A stretch of 63,392 bases of DNA, filler included, from Aduncisulcus paluster (GCA_024181965.1; 11 parts of 11 records of this genome joined end to end with filler, not necessarily neighbours in it); one strand, 5' to 3'. Shown: positions 23,001-35,580, counted from the first letter of the whole stretch. The notes: generated by a model not told the origin, from the letters alone. A program made the numbers and translations.

Positions 23001-24724
23001 GAAAACCATTTCTTGGGTATCTGAAGGAAGAGATACGGGTGTATCGGATGTCTTCTTGATTTGTTTCACATCAGCCCCTGAGGAATGATGGGAGAAAGGA
23101 GAAGGAGGAATACTGACACGAGTAATGACAGAATGCTTTGAAAGGGGAGACTTAAGAAGGGAGCTAACGAGGACACTACGTTCCATGCCAATTGAGGAGA
23201 CATCAAGGACACTCACACTCGCATTGAGANNNNNNNNNNNNNNNNNNNNACGTGCAGAGATAGAGTGGCGAGACAGTTCCGTTGTCTCCTTCCTTGTCTG
23301 AAGAAGAAAACCATTTCTTGGGTATCTGAAGGAAGAGATACGGGTGTATCGGATGTCTTCTTGATTTGTTTCACATCAGCCCCTGAGGAATGATGGGAGA
23401 AAGGAGAAGGAGGAATACTGACACGAGTAATGACAGAATGCTTTGAAAGGGGAGACTTAAGAAGGGAGCTAACGAGGACACTACGTTCCATGCCAATTGA
23501 GGAGACATCAAGGACACTCACACTCGCATTGAGAAGGCTAAGGGCACACAGAGTGTCAGAGAAACCATGGTCAACGTTAATGGCACCACCGAGAGTAGTT
23601 TGGTTACGAATTTGAGTTGTTGATATACGACTGAGAAGATGAGTGAATTCACGCAGAGACTGAGATAACTTATCCTTTTCAGCTTCCTCTCTGCAGAACT
23701 CAAGAAGCTCTGAGAGTGTGGCTGAGCCTCCAACAAGCAAATTTCCAGTCCTTTCATCAAGTTCGATGCTCCTCATTTCCTTGATCTGGGAAACTTTCAA
23801 GAGGAAGATGCTACGGTCTCCATTCCTCTGCTTGTCCCAGGAAGTACGTTCCCAAGTGTCTCCACCAATAATCTTGATGGATTCGTGGGGAGAAATCATT
23901 CCGCGGATCCTGAGAATATCTTCCTTGAGTTGGGAGAGAGAATTAGGACGAGCGAATACTTGTTTATGACGAACTTCACCGGTTTCCTCATCATATATTT
24001 GATGAGTGTGGAAAACAGAGCCTAAAGGAGACCGAGAAGCACGGGGAAGTGGGGATGGTTCGGACTCCATCCTGATAACTTCTGTGGGGCCGGCTTTCTT
24101 CATATAACGTTGAGCTGTTCTTGAAGCATCAATGGCATAAGCAGCCACAGCCTCAGCAATAGGTCTGTAACCGGTACAACGACAAATATTACCATCAAAA
24201 CACTCCTCAATATCAACACTGAAAATAGGTGAACAACCAGTAAGGGCAGGACCATCTTCCTTTAATTCTCCACTTTCTACGAGTTCTTTGAGATCTTTAA
24301 CCTGCTTTTCAGTGGATTCATCATCAGATACAAGGGCTTTGTTCTTCAATAAGGAATAAAACGACATAAGGAAACCTCCAGTACAATATCCACATTGAGC
24401 AGCATCACAATGAATAAATCTATTTTGGATAGGATGTAAAGCCTTCATATTTCCGATTCCTTCGACTGTAGTAATGGCCATCCCATGGAGAGAGACAAGA
24501 AGAGTATTGACAGCAGAAATAGCACGATGATTAACTTTAAGTTTTCCATCTTTCTCTTCACACCAAGATATCATAACTGTATCAGCACCTAAAGCACCCA
24601 TTTCATCAGCTTTCTTTGTTCCCATTAATCTAATATCATCAGACCTTAAATAGTTGGCAACGCTAAGAGTAACATCCAATTCACGAAGAATTTTCCGCTT
24701 TCCATTTAAATAAAACGTGATCAT
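20013..24724 (-). CDS. Xanthine dehydrogenase/aldehyde oxidase-family molybdo-flavoenzyme (one gene, split by the gap artefact at 23230-23534)
   Basis: Motifs: MITFYLNG start, TTVEGIG, QCGYC...GNICRCTGYRP Fe-S domain, TQIRNQTTLGG FAD domain. Moco-domain motifs: GGQDHMYMETQ, GGGFGGK, TAYRGFGAPQ, EMGQGLHTKM, PTAASSG, DAGQVEGG, SKAAAETP. ORFs 20013..23216 and 23213..24772 overlap through duplicated sequence. Confidence 0.92.
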
Positions 24725-25308
24725 GTTTGATCCACACAGGAAGAAATTGGAAAAAAATGATGAGGCCTTCATCTTCTCTGAATGAATATATAATCACTCG
24801 TTATGTGCATGAAATATATATTTAGCTTGCTTTAATTATTTAAACAGTATTGATTTTGCTTTTAACAAAACACCTGCCGACAGAGAAGGCAGGGAAAATT
24901 TGAAGNNNNNNNNNNNNNNNNNNNNATCAGCTTTCTTTGTTCCCATTAATCTAATATCATCAGACCTTAAATAGTTGGCAACGCTAAGAGTAACATCCAA
25001 TTCACGAAGAATTTTCCGCTTTCCATTTAAATAAAACGTGATCATGTTTGATCCACACAGGAAGAAATTGGAAAAAAATGATGAGGCCTTCATCTTCTCT
25101 GAATGAATATATAATCACTCGTTATGTGCATGAAATATATATTTAGCTTGCTTTAATTATTTAAACAGTATTGATTTTGCTTTTAACAAAACACCTGCCG
25201 ACAGAGAAGGCAGGGAAAATTTGAAGTCAAAAACAAGGAAACTATAGTATTTTTCTAGCGAAATTTTACTAATCAATCATAAATATATATATTTTTTTAA
25301 TTACAAAA

Positions 25309-26832
25309 TCACGTTCCAAGATTGAGTAAAGCAGCAACACCTCGTTTTGTCCAGTGGGCAGGAGACTTATCCCCAGACTTAAGATCCATTGTTATTATGT
25401 AGCTTTGTCTATGCATGGATCCATAACGGTTTGGATAATAATAAACGGGGCAAGAATAAGAAGATCTCTTCTCTTTTCTTCTCATTTGGATGGGTTTGAA
25501 ATGCACAATGGGCATAGGTGAAACCAATTCCATGAGGTGAGCTTCATCAAGGAACTCTTTATCCATATCCCAGATGCATCCTTCAAGGAATATTCCGCCC
25601 ATGTAAGCACCTTCTCCAACGGGAGGCATTGTGGTCAAATCTCTCTCATCAAGGCATCGTGAGATCTCAAAACTCCAGATCAGAGAATCAACAGAACACC
25701 CAATGGCACGGGAAGATTGTTGCAAAAGACCAGTGAGAAGGGCAGTTGGGAATGTGAGTCCTCCGAGCCAGAATACCTTGGGGGCACCACTAATAGCCCA
25801 TTGTTGGATCTGTTTGATTCTCTCAGTGAGGTCAATCACCCAACTGGCAAGTGGTTTGGATGATGGATAAGTGTCGGACCATGAGTGGGGGATCTTATTG
25901 GCATTTAGAGCAATGAGAAGTTTCTCAAGATTGACGGACATCACTACTTGACCCTTGAGACCCTTTTCAAGTTGTTGGAGGTCATTCACGATCAACTCAA
26001 GGAGATTATTATACCTGGCGGCCTCTTGAAGTAGAACAGTCAGCAAAGGAGCCATCTCATCTGTCATATCTAAAGTACGGGCATCACCAGGGAGATGGGA
26101 CACCAATGGAGGGATTCGTTGTCTTAACTCTTCACAGAACTTCAAGGAGGAGGTAGAGGCATCATCTTCCACGGCTGCAGGCTGGGGAGATTTTACGCCA
26201 CCGGTCTCTTCCTTCTTCTTCTTTGTCTTGGTCTCCTTCTTTGAAGTTTGAGGCTGGATTGAGAGGAGGGTGGCAAGAAGCTGAGAAGATTCCTGGACAA
26301 GTGATGAGATATCAGCATTGGGGTGTTGTCCAAACACATCAGGTTCATCAACAGAAGGTAATGAAGAGATATGCTCAAGGTAGAACTGCAAAGATCCTTG
26401 ACCTGGGATGATATAGTCATCAACGCCTTCCGCAAGGGAGTAGGCATCCTCAGTAATGGTTTCAGAGCAATAAATCTCATTCATATATACGTTTAACAGT
26501 CTTCTATCCCAATCATCAGTCACTCTTCCTCCGTAATTGGCTTCAGAAGTGAGATATCTGAGTGATTCCCAAGGAATTTCCTCATAGGTGTTGATGTACA
26601 AGTCAAGAAGATTCTTACAAATGTCAAAATCAGCATCATTGAAATCATAAGACACATTCCACCCGAGGTACTGGAATTTCCTTCTCTCAAGAATAACAGA
26701 ATGGAAGAATGTGAGACCGAACAAGAGCCGTCTGAAGGCTTTGTCTTTCCCAGGGTCATCTGCACATGATTGCAGCTCGGCTTCCGTCAAACGGTTGAAC
26801 ATTCTCATCATATTTGAACGGATACCGCGTGG
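25309..26832 (-). CDS. DNAH2: Axonemal dynein heavy chain C-terminal region, DNAH2/I1-beta-like (5'-partial)
   Basis: FFHSVILERRKF..LGWNVSYDFN, EANYGGRVTDDWDRRLL, VFGQHPNADI, FWLGGLTFPTALLT. The ending YSCPVYYYPNR...DLKSG...HWTKRGVA is typical of DNAH2 orthologues. The subtype call comes from motif memory. Confidence 0.8.
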   Translation of the reverse strand, partial: PRGIRSNMMRMFNRLTEAELQSCADDPGKDKAFRRLLFGLTFFHSVILERRKFQYLGWNVSYDFNDADFDICKNLLDLYINTYEEIPWESLRYLTSEANYGGRVTDDWDRRLLNVYMNEIYCSETITEDAYSLAEGVDDYIIPGQGSLQFYLEHISSLPSVDEPDVFGQHPNADISSLVQESSQLLATLLSIQPQTSKKETKTKKKKEETGGVKSPQPAAVEDDASTSSLKFCEELRQRIPPLVSHLPGDARTLDMTDEMAPLLTVLLQEAARYNNLLELIVNDLQQLEKGLKGQVVMSVNLEKLLIALNANKIPHSWSDTYPSSKPLASWVIDLTERIKQIQQWAISGAPKVFWLGGLTFPTALLTGLLQQSSRAIGCSVDSLIWSFEISRCLDERDLTTMPPVGEGAYMGGIFLEGCIWDMDKEFLDEAHLMELVSPMPIVHFKPIQMRRKEKRSSYSCPVYYYPNRYGSMHRQSYIITMDLKSGDKSPAHWTKRGVAALLNLGT

Positions 26833-26932
26833 NNNNNNNNNNNNNNNNNNNNNNNNNNNNNNNNNNNNNNNNNNNNTTAATTAATTAANNNNNNNNNNNN
26901 NNNNNNNNNNNNNNNNNNNNNNNNNNNNNNNN

Positions 26933-29900
26933 CCATCACAAAGACATTGTTCAGGATTCTCAGTATCTCGACAGGTATTGTTGTATCTCAATGTATTGCC
27001 ATTTTCCCCCAAATCTCCACTCTCCTCTCCAACATGTTTATTCTTGGTTTATCTGAGAAACTTGAGGATTCTTTTGTTGAGGATATCCTCGAAACATGTA
27101 GGAATGTTGCATTCTCTGAAGACGATCCCACCAAGAACTCCCTTTTATCCATTCTTCTCCCCCATATCTTGCCATGGATGAAGAAGTATCCTGATAAGAA
27201 GTTCTTTTTCTTGTGGATGAATATCTTGAAGAACATCACAAATGATAAGGATAACATCGGTTCTGCTAAAGATCGTTCCTCACAACTTTGGTTTGTCTTC
27301 CACCCTGTCTTGGATATTATCAAGGACATTGCTTCCAAAGGTATTGCATTTGACGATGAATGTGTCATTTCATGTTTGTGTTTCTTTTGCAATTTGAGTT
27401 GTATTCCTTCCCAAGCCATTGAAGTTCATGATTGCATTAAAGATGGTCTTCTTGATAGCTGGTTTGAGATAGTGAAGAAGAAAAGTGAAGGAGAGGACAC
27501 TGATATCTGGGGAGTCAAATACTGGTCCAAACTCATTTCCATGCTTTCCACTGTGCCATCTCTTGTTCCTCAACTATCTGCTAAATATGATGCCAAGATG
27601 GAGTGGTGTAAGAAAAATGGAGGATGGAGTGGAGATTATGCAAGATATCTTGATAACTGTCATCCTCTGATGAAATGGTCGGAATTAGTTAAATATATTA
27701 AGAAATGTCCTGACTCAAAATCACTTTACCAGAAACATCGAGAAGATATCCTTTCTGTCTTCCTTGCATCCCAATCAAAGAGTGAGATTGAAGAGCACAA
27801 AAGAGAGATTGTTCTTTGTGTTGAGTGTTTAAGATGGTTTGTAAGACATGCTATTGCTGGAAGGAGTATCTATCTCTCAATATCTGATCTCAACAATCTC
27901 ATTGATACTTTCATTGATCATCTTTCAAGAGTGGAGGAGGTTTTGGAAGAAGCTGTTGATGAAGAGTTTTGTAGCATTTGTGTTAATTATTCTTTCAAAG
28001 TTAAAGATAGAAAAGATTCTTTCCTTCCCAAGATCCTTTCCACTTTCCATCGAATTCTTGAGAGAGGAAGCAAGAAGAAGTTGTCTCATAATATCGTTCT
28101 AAATTTATTACAAACTCTCAGAAACATCTCTATTTCTCCCTCTACTTCCACTCGATCCTCTATTCTCACTCTCATCAAACCATATGTCAAAGATTGGTTG
28201 AGGTTGTACAATGATAGTAAGTATTATGGACAATGGATGATAACTTTGTCAAAAATCACCCTCTTAAGTGATAATACTTCCCCCGACAAATCCCTCTGTT
28301 CTGAAGCTTGGCCTCTTTTCCACCCTGTTCTTGATGTTGTTAAGAGAGAGTTTGTTGGGGATAGGATTGTTGAGGATGATCATGAAGAATGTTTGCGATT
28401 CTTCTCCAACTTATGTTGTGATCCATCACATGCCATTGTAATCTATGATAATGTTAAGCATCTTCTTGATGGTTGGTTTGAAGTTATCAAGATGAAAGAA
28501 TATAAATGGGGAATTATATACTGGTCCAAACTCATTTTCATGCTTTCCACTGTACCATCTCTTGTTCCTCAACTATCTGCTAAATATGATGCCAAGATGG
28601 AGTGGTGTAAGAAGAATGGAGGATGGAGTGGAGATTATGCAAGATATCTTGACAATTGTTATCCTCTGACGAAATGGGTTGAATTAGTTAGAGCTATTAA
28701 GATATGTCCTGACTCAAACTCACTTTACCACAAACATCGAGAAGATATCCTTTCTGTCTTCCTTGCATCCCAATCAAAGAGTGAGATTGAAGAGCACAAG
28801 AGAGAGATTATTCTTTGTGTTAAGAGTTTAAGATGGTTTGTTAGACATGCTATTGTTGGATGGAGTATCTATCTCCCAATATCCGATCTCAACAATCTCA
28901 TTGACACTTTCATTGATCATCTTTCAAGAGTGGAGGAGGTTTTGGAAGAAGCTGTTGATGAAGAGTTTTGTAGCATTTGTGTTGATTATTCTTTCAAAGT
29001 TGAAGATAAATGGGATTCTTTCCTTCCCAAGATCCTTTCCACTTTCCGTCGAATTCTTGAGAGAGGAAGCAAGAAGAAGTTGTCTCATAATATCGTTCTA
29101 AAATTATTACAAACTCTCAGAAGCATCTCTATTTCTCCCTCTACTTCCACTCGATCCTTTATACTCACTCTCATCAAACCATATGTCAAAGATTGGTTGA
29201 GGTACAAACTCTCAGAAACATCTCTTTTTCTCCCTCTACTTCCACTCGATCCTTTATACTCACTCTCATCAAACCATATGTCAAAGATTGGTTGAGGTTG
29301 TACAATGGTAGTAAGTGTTATGGACAATGGATGATAACTTTGTCAAAAATCACCCTCTTAAGTGATAATACTTCTCNNNNNNNNNNNNNNNNNNNNGTTG
29401 AAGATAAATGGGATTCTTTCCTTCCCAAGATCCTTTCCACTTTCCGTCGAATTCTTGAGAGAGGAAGCAAGAAGAAGTTGTCTCATAATATCGTTCTAAA
29501 ATTATTACAAACTCTCAGAAGCATCTCTATTTCTCCCTCTACTTCCACTCGATCCTTTATACTCACTCTCATCAAACCATATGTCAAAGATTGGTTGAGG
29601 TTGTACAATGGTAGTAAGTGTTATGGACAATGGATGATAACTTTGTCAAAAATCACCCTCTTAAGTGATAATACTTCTCCCAACACCTCCCTTTGTTCTG
29701 AAGCCTGGCCTCTTTTCCACCCTGTTCTTGATATTGTTAAGAGAGAGTTTGTTGGGGACAAGATTGTTGAGGATGATCATGAAGAATGTTTGCGATTCTT
29801 CTCCAACTTATGTTGTGATCCTTTACATGCCCTTGTAATCTATGATAATGTTAAGCATCTTCTTGATGGTTGGTTTAAAGATATCAANNNNNNNNNNNNN

Positions 29901-31136
29901 NNNNNNNTTGTCTCATAATATCGTTCTAAAATTATTACAAACTCTCAGAAGCATCTCTATTTCTCCCTCTACTTCCACTCGATCCTTTATACTCACTCTC
30001 ATCAAACCATATGTCAAAGATTGGTTGAGGTACAAACTCTCAGAAACATCTCTTTTTCTCCCTCTACTTCCACTCGATCCTTTATACTCACTCTCATCAA
30101 ACCATATGTCAAAGATTGGTTGAGGTTGTACAATGGTAGTAAGTGTTATGGACAATGGATGATAACTTTGTCAAAAATCACCCTCTTAAGTGATAATACT
30201 TCTCCCAACACCTCCCTTTGTTCTGAAGCCTGGCCTCTTTTCCACCCTGTTCTTGATATTGTTAAGAGAGAGTTTGTTGGGGACAAGATTGTTGAGGATG
30301 ATCATGAAGAATGTTTGCGATTCTTCTCCAACTTATGTTGTGATCCTTTACATGCCCTTGTAATCTATGATAATGTTAAGCATCTTCTTGATGGTTGGTT
30401 TAAAGATATCAAGAGGAAAGAATATAAATGGCGAGTCAAATACTGGTCCAAACTCATTTCCATGCTTTCCACTGTGCCATCTCTTGTCCCTCAACTATCT
30501 CCCAAATATGATACCGACATGCTATGGTGTAAAGAACACGGAAAGAGTTATTATTCAACTCACTCTTATAATCAATACCTTTCCAACATTTGCTCCTTCA
30601 TATCTTCTTCATATCTCTCTTCAACCATTTTACATTCTGTTCCAATGGTTTCATTTATTCCTTCCATTGAGACATCTTTGTGTCCTGAGAAAGATGGATA
30701 TTCATATGCTTCCCATGTATGTTCTGTTATGAATCTGCTTAAAACTCCCAATCCTTCTCAATCTCAAAAAGACAAAATCTCTTGCTATCACGATATTATC
30801 ACTGGAAAAGAAATTCAAATACAAATCCAACATGTTCTTAAACGTGATAGATCAAGTTCTCAGCATCTCTTCACGTATTCTTTTCATATCCAATACACTT
30901 CTCCTCCCCAACACATGCTTGTAAAGATACCACTTGATGATGAGAGATCCTTGAGACAATCTGTGTATGATCTGATTGAACGCACAGGTGGAGGTGTTGA
31001 AGTGATGTTTGAACAGGGATCATTATGTTGTTCGTTTGAAGAATACGATCAAGAAGCATGGAGGAAAAGAATGAAAAAGGTCAAACAGAAAAGAGGAAGA
31101 GGAGAATCGAAAGGAAAACATTGTCAAATTGTTTAA
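26933..31136 (+). CDS. Lineage-specific helical (ARM/HEAT-like) repeat protein with 333-aa units; 5'-partial, collapsed or duplicated assembly
   Basis: ACTGGTCCAAACTCATT recurs at 27521 and 28520 (999-nt period). Repeated motifs include WPLFHPVLD, CLRFFSNLCC and YWSKLISMLSTVPSLVPQLS. The unique C-terminus ends at 31136. The region has two 20-N gaps and a 95-nt duplication. Confidence 0.7.
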
Positions 31137-32290
31137 ACTTTAAACCAATGGGATAATCTTGTTGAAGCGGAGAGAGAGATCATACAATCAAAAAATGAAT
31201 GATGAATAATGGTCTTCTTTAAAATAGAGATTGCTCAATAACGTTGAGTAAGTTTATTCTTGAATACAATGCATCATTAAACCCGGGTTTAACGGCAACT
31301 CAAATTGTATCTCTCCCAAAAGAAGCAAGAGTTTCCAAGAGTCGAAACGATGAACCAACATGATCCTTCTTATGGAATTCCGAGTTAACTCAGTTAATCT
31401 TTCAGCGTGTGAATCATATCAAATGTTTAAATAGGTAAAATGTAGGAGAAATGGAAAGAAAGAAAAGGTCGATACTTTCGATTATGCTTAGTATTCGATG
31501 AATCCAATCTTTTATTCAAAAGCCCAACGATTAAACGGTCAGGCAACATATAAAGCACGATACAAAATGCATGTAATCTGGGAAGAAACATCACAAGACA
31601 GCGGATCCACAATCATTAAGAAGAAGAAGGAGAAGAATAAGAAGAAGAAGGCAAATAAAATAAAAATGAAGGCAAAAAGATAATTACACGCTCGAAATAT
31701 GCATTTCTTTGTTTGGAATATGCATATGTTGAGGTTGATCTTTGGATGATCATAAGATTCCGGCAATAAAAGGAGCAAGTAAGAGAGACGAGCAAGATTG
31801 GCATAAAACTGAGAATAAAAGCAAGAGAAAAAGCCAAGTCAGCAGCAATAAAAATAAACCAGTCATTCATTCAGTCATTCAAATAACAATAACATCAAGA
31901 ATAATAATAATAACTACAATAACATTCGTTCTTTTGCAACAATAAAAAGCGCAAGCAAACACACCCCACAAGGCAGGAGAGTGCCAAAGATATTGAAATC
32001 CGAGCAAACATAAAGAAAAAACGAAGCAAAGAAAACGAAATAAAAAAGGGGGAACCATAAGCAAAAAAAGAGAGAGACCGAAGCATTTCGAAAAGCAGTG
32101 TATCAAAAAGATAATATATATTTTATAAGATACTAATATCTGTTATTCATACATATATATATATATAAAGAAAAGAAAAACTCATCAAGGAGATAATCAC
32201 GCTGGATAAAAAAAGGGGTGGAAAGGAAATCGATCAAAGCAAATAGGTGATGCAGGGAGCAAAACAAAGCATTACGCACCGAACGTATGA

Positions 32291-32342
32291 TAGATGCATT
32301 GTGGATACATTGCGGATGCATTGTAGATGCATTGCGGATGCA
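32291..32342. repeat. 11-bp minisatellite (YRGATRCATTG), about 4.7 copies, plus an isolated copy at 32453-32463
   Basis: TAGATGCATTG TGGATACATTG CGGATGCATTG TAGATGCATTG CGGATGCA read directly. Confidence 0.85.
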
Positions 32343-32693
32343 GAGCATGGATAATGGCACAAAGAAGCAAATACAGGGGTAACAAACCAAACGATGCTTT
32401 AGAGCGGCATAGATATAAATAGATATGTGTGTGAGAAAGTATGTGTTGGAAGCGGATGCATTGAGCTTACCTGAAGAAGTGAACGGCATGCGAAGCCATA
32501 TCAAGAATAATACAAATTAAAGAGAGGTCACATATGTTGCACTCACAAAAGACACAATCTATTCTTGGACAATAGAATGCCGGAAGTATATCNNNNNNNN
32601 NNNNNNNNNNNNNNNNNNNNNNNNNNNNNNNNNNNNTTAATTAATTAANNNNNNNNNNNNNNNNNNNNNNNNNNNNNNNNNNNNNNNNNNNNG

Positions 32694-35480
32694 TCTCCTT
32701 TCACCTCGATATATTTATTCCCTCCCACTCATCTCCCTCCTCTCCTCTCTCTGAAAGTCACTGATACAGGGGTGCTTGTCCAAGTCCACGACAGGGCTGA
32801 GAGTGGCAAGAAGAGGCAGTTGGAACTCTCGTACTCCTTGAGTGATCCAAAGGCAAAAGAACACACCGAAGAGACCATTAGGCTCGGGAAAGAAATGGTT
32901 GAACGAATGAGGATCGGAGATCGGGATAGACGCAATTCTATCATGACAATCAGTGAAGACGACCTGAATACGTTAGCCGAGAGTGATGGAACTCCTGTTC
33001 ATGAACGCCATGTACGGACAAGATCGAAGGATGGGATTCCTTACGGTTCTTCTAGCATCTCTAAACAAGTTGATATTCAGGCTGACTCATCTATCTATTC
33101 GCCAATCATCGATACTATTTCGACAGTTCGGGACAGTGACGTTGCTTGTATATCTTCATCGTACTCCTCAAGTTCTGTGTCGAGTAGCAGCGGGAAAGAT
33201 GTTCATGAGAGTGATCATGATGGTGCTGCTTCCCGTGATAACAGTGAACACGGATCTATCTCATCAGATCCCATGCTCCACAGATCTTCCTCTGTTCTAA
33301 TTCATGATGATCAGAACGATAATTCTATCCTTCCACGATTACTGCAGGATCACGTTAACCAGGCTATTAACCATCTGAGTGAAGGAAGTGAGGAAGAAGA
33401 CTTTGAGAGGAAACAGGAAGAGGATGAAGAAGAGAATGGTCAATACGATGCAGGGGATAATGAAAATGAAGAGGAGGAGGAGGAGGAAGAAGAAGAAGAA
33501 GAAGAAGAAGAAGAGTCTGAGAGTGATGGTCTCCTTGATGTTGATTATGATGAACATAATATTCAAGAATATGGAATTAGAACGGCTGATGGGGATGAGT
33601 TTTCTATCTCAGTTGATGGAGAAGCATGTAGATCGTTCCCAAGTTCATATTCCTCCATCCCAAAGGCTCCTCCAATTCTTGGGGAAGGAGCTGCTGACCA
33701 AGACTCATCATCTCCTAACCCACACAGCTTGAGCGTGTTTGAAAATGAGCAAGAAGCCAATCCTTCGGCCATTCATTCTGATGGGGGCGATACTCTTGAG
33801 TTTCTGCTCAAAAGAACGGTCCCAAAGTTTAAACTCCCAAACTCACAACATCGAAGAACATCATCTTCTTCATCTCATCACAGCAGGAGCAACAGTGAAG
33901 AATTCTTGCCAACACCAGTGTTCTCTGCAAGGGTGCCTCGAACAGTCTCTGGAGAAGATAGGGTTCACAGATTTAGCTTTACAAATGCATCCGCTAATGT
34001 TCAAGACTCGAGTGAACCTACATCCCAACTATCTTCTTTTGAACCCCAGTCATATTCAGGTGTTCCCTTGCATCGTCTTGGCCCATTTTCTTCCTTCTCT
34101 CACGTTCCATCCCGTATTCCGAGCGATTCTTCGTCTGCTGCCGTGAGTGGAACACATTCACGAGCACCCGTTGATGATGTCGAGTATGACGATCTCGTAA
34201 TTCTTGAGCCTCCATCATCTCGAAATGTATATAATCTTTTAGCTTCCGCCGCCCACAAAGCAATGCGAGAACGTGCCCAGCAAAGAAAGATAAAGAAGAA
34301 GGAAAGGAGGAAGAGAAACCAGTCACAGCAGTTTGAAATGGGATATACAAAACGCAGGCGTGAGAAGAAAGCTGAAAGAAGACAAGCTGAGGCACTGCGA
34401 ATCCAGTGTCTTGAAAAGCAAAAGATTGCCAAAAAATACCCACGCAGAGCAAGGAACTTCAATATTGATATAATTGATCTCGATGAGATGGTTGAGGATG
34501 AACAAGGTCCTGAATTACAACAGGAAAGTGAAGAACGGGAAATAGAATCACGGCCAGTTAACGTTCGTAGAGGTTCTCAACCTATTCATAGAAGCAGTTT
34601 GACACCGATTATCGAACAAAAAGAGACTCTCGGTGATATTTCCACTCTTCATGAAGAAGAAGAAGAAGAAGAAGAAGAAGAAGAAGATCAACGTGAAGAA
34701 GAGGAAGAAGAAGAGGAGGAAGAAGAAGAGGAGGAGGAAGAAGAGCAGGATGTCAATCAATTGAATGTAAGTACCCCTCGGCCACCACTCCCTTCTACTC
34801 GACCCCCAAAGATCAAGATCTCCACCCTCAGAACTAATGGTGACCAAGAATCTGCTGTGTCCTCCCCGAGTGGTGATCAATCGTCTGGATCAACAAGTGC
34901 ACACTCCACCTCTCACTCTCCTTTCCTTCCTATGGAGAAGAGGAGTACACTTAGGATGACGCAAGAAGAATTGGATGACCTGCGAAAATATATGAAGAAA
35001 AACAGAGAGAGAAAAGAGAGGGAGCAAGCGGAAGAAGAAAAGGAAGAAGGAGAGGTGGGACTTACAGGACATGGTGATGGAGCTAATTCTTCTCAATCGT
35101 CCAAAATAGATCATGAGAAAGAAGAATTGGATGACCTGCGAAAATATATGAAGAAAAACAGAGAGAGAAAAGAGAGGGAGCAAGCGGAAGAAGAAAAGGA
35201 AGAAGGAGAGGTGGGACTTACAGGACATGGTGATGGAGCTAATTCTTCTCAATCGTCCAAAATAGATCATGAGAAAGAAGAAATGGATGAAGATAGAAGG
35301 CATGAGTTTGATATGAGGGATTCAACAGCTCCTCTTTCTCCATCTATTAATGTATCTGGAAGACCGATTACGACTTCATCAACAATTATTTTAGAAGAAG
35401 ATGATGGATTGGATTATGGAAATGGAACACATTCTGCAAATGGACATGAGGGGGATGAACACGGACCTGCCGGTTCAACA
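32694..35480 (+). CDS. Low-complexity acidic/Ser-rich hypothetical protein, internal fragment
   Basis: The frame is open across the piece, with poly-Glu tracts and a basic coiled coil. Confidence 0.75.
34963..35282 (+). repeat. Exact in-frame 156-bp (52-aa) tandem duplication
   Basis: EELDDLRKYMKK...IDHEK occurs twice (TTGGATGACC at 34971 and 35127), bounded by AAGAAGAA microhomology. Confidence 0.9.
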
Positions 35481-35580
35481 NNNNNNNNNNNNNNNNNNNN
35501 NNNNNNNNNNNNNNNNNNNNNNNNTTAATTAATTAANNNNNNNNNNNNNNNNNNNNNNNNNNNNNNNNNNNNNNNNNNNN

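Noticed and set aside
22945-23534. XDH split into two genes or a programmed frameshift
   Set aside because: The split coincides with a 20-N gap flanked by an identical 285-nt duplication, which is an assembly overlap.
24836-25226. Second truncated XDH copy
   Set aside because: It is an exact duplicate of about 24606-24905 across a 20-N gap.
31427-32504. Short hydrophobic ORFs as small membrane proteins
   Set aside because: They arise from the A-rich strand bias (AAG/AAT/AAC runs) of a non-coding tract.
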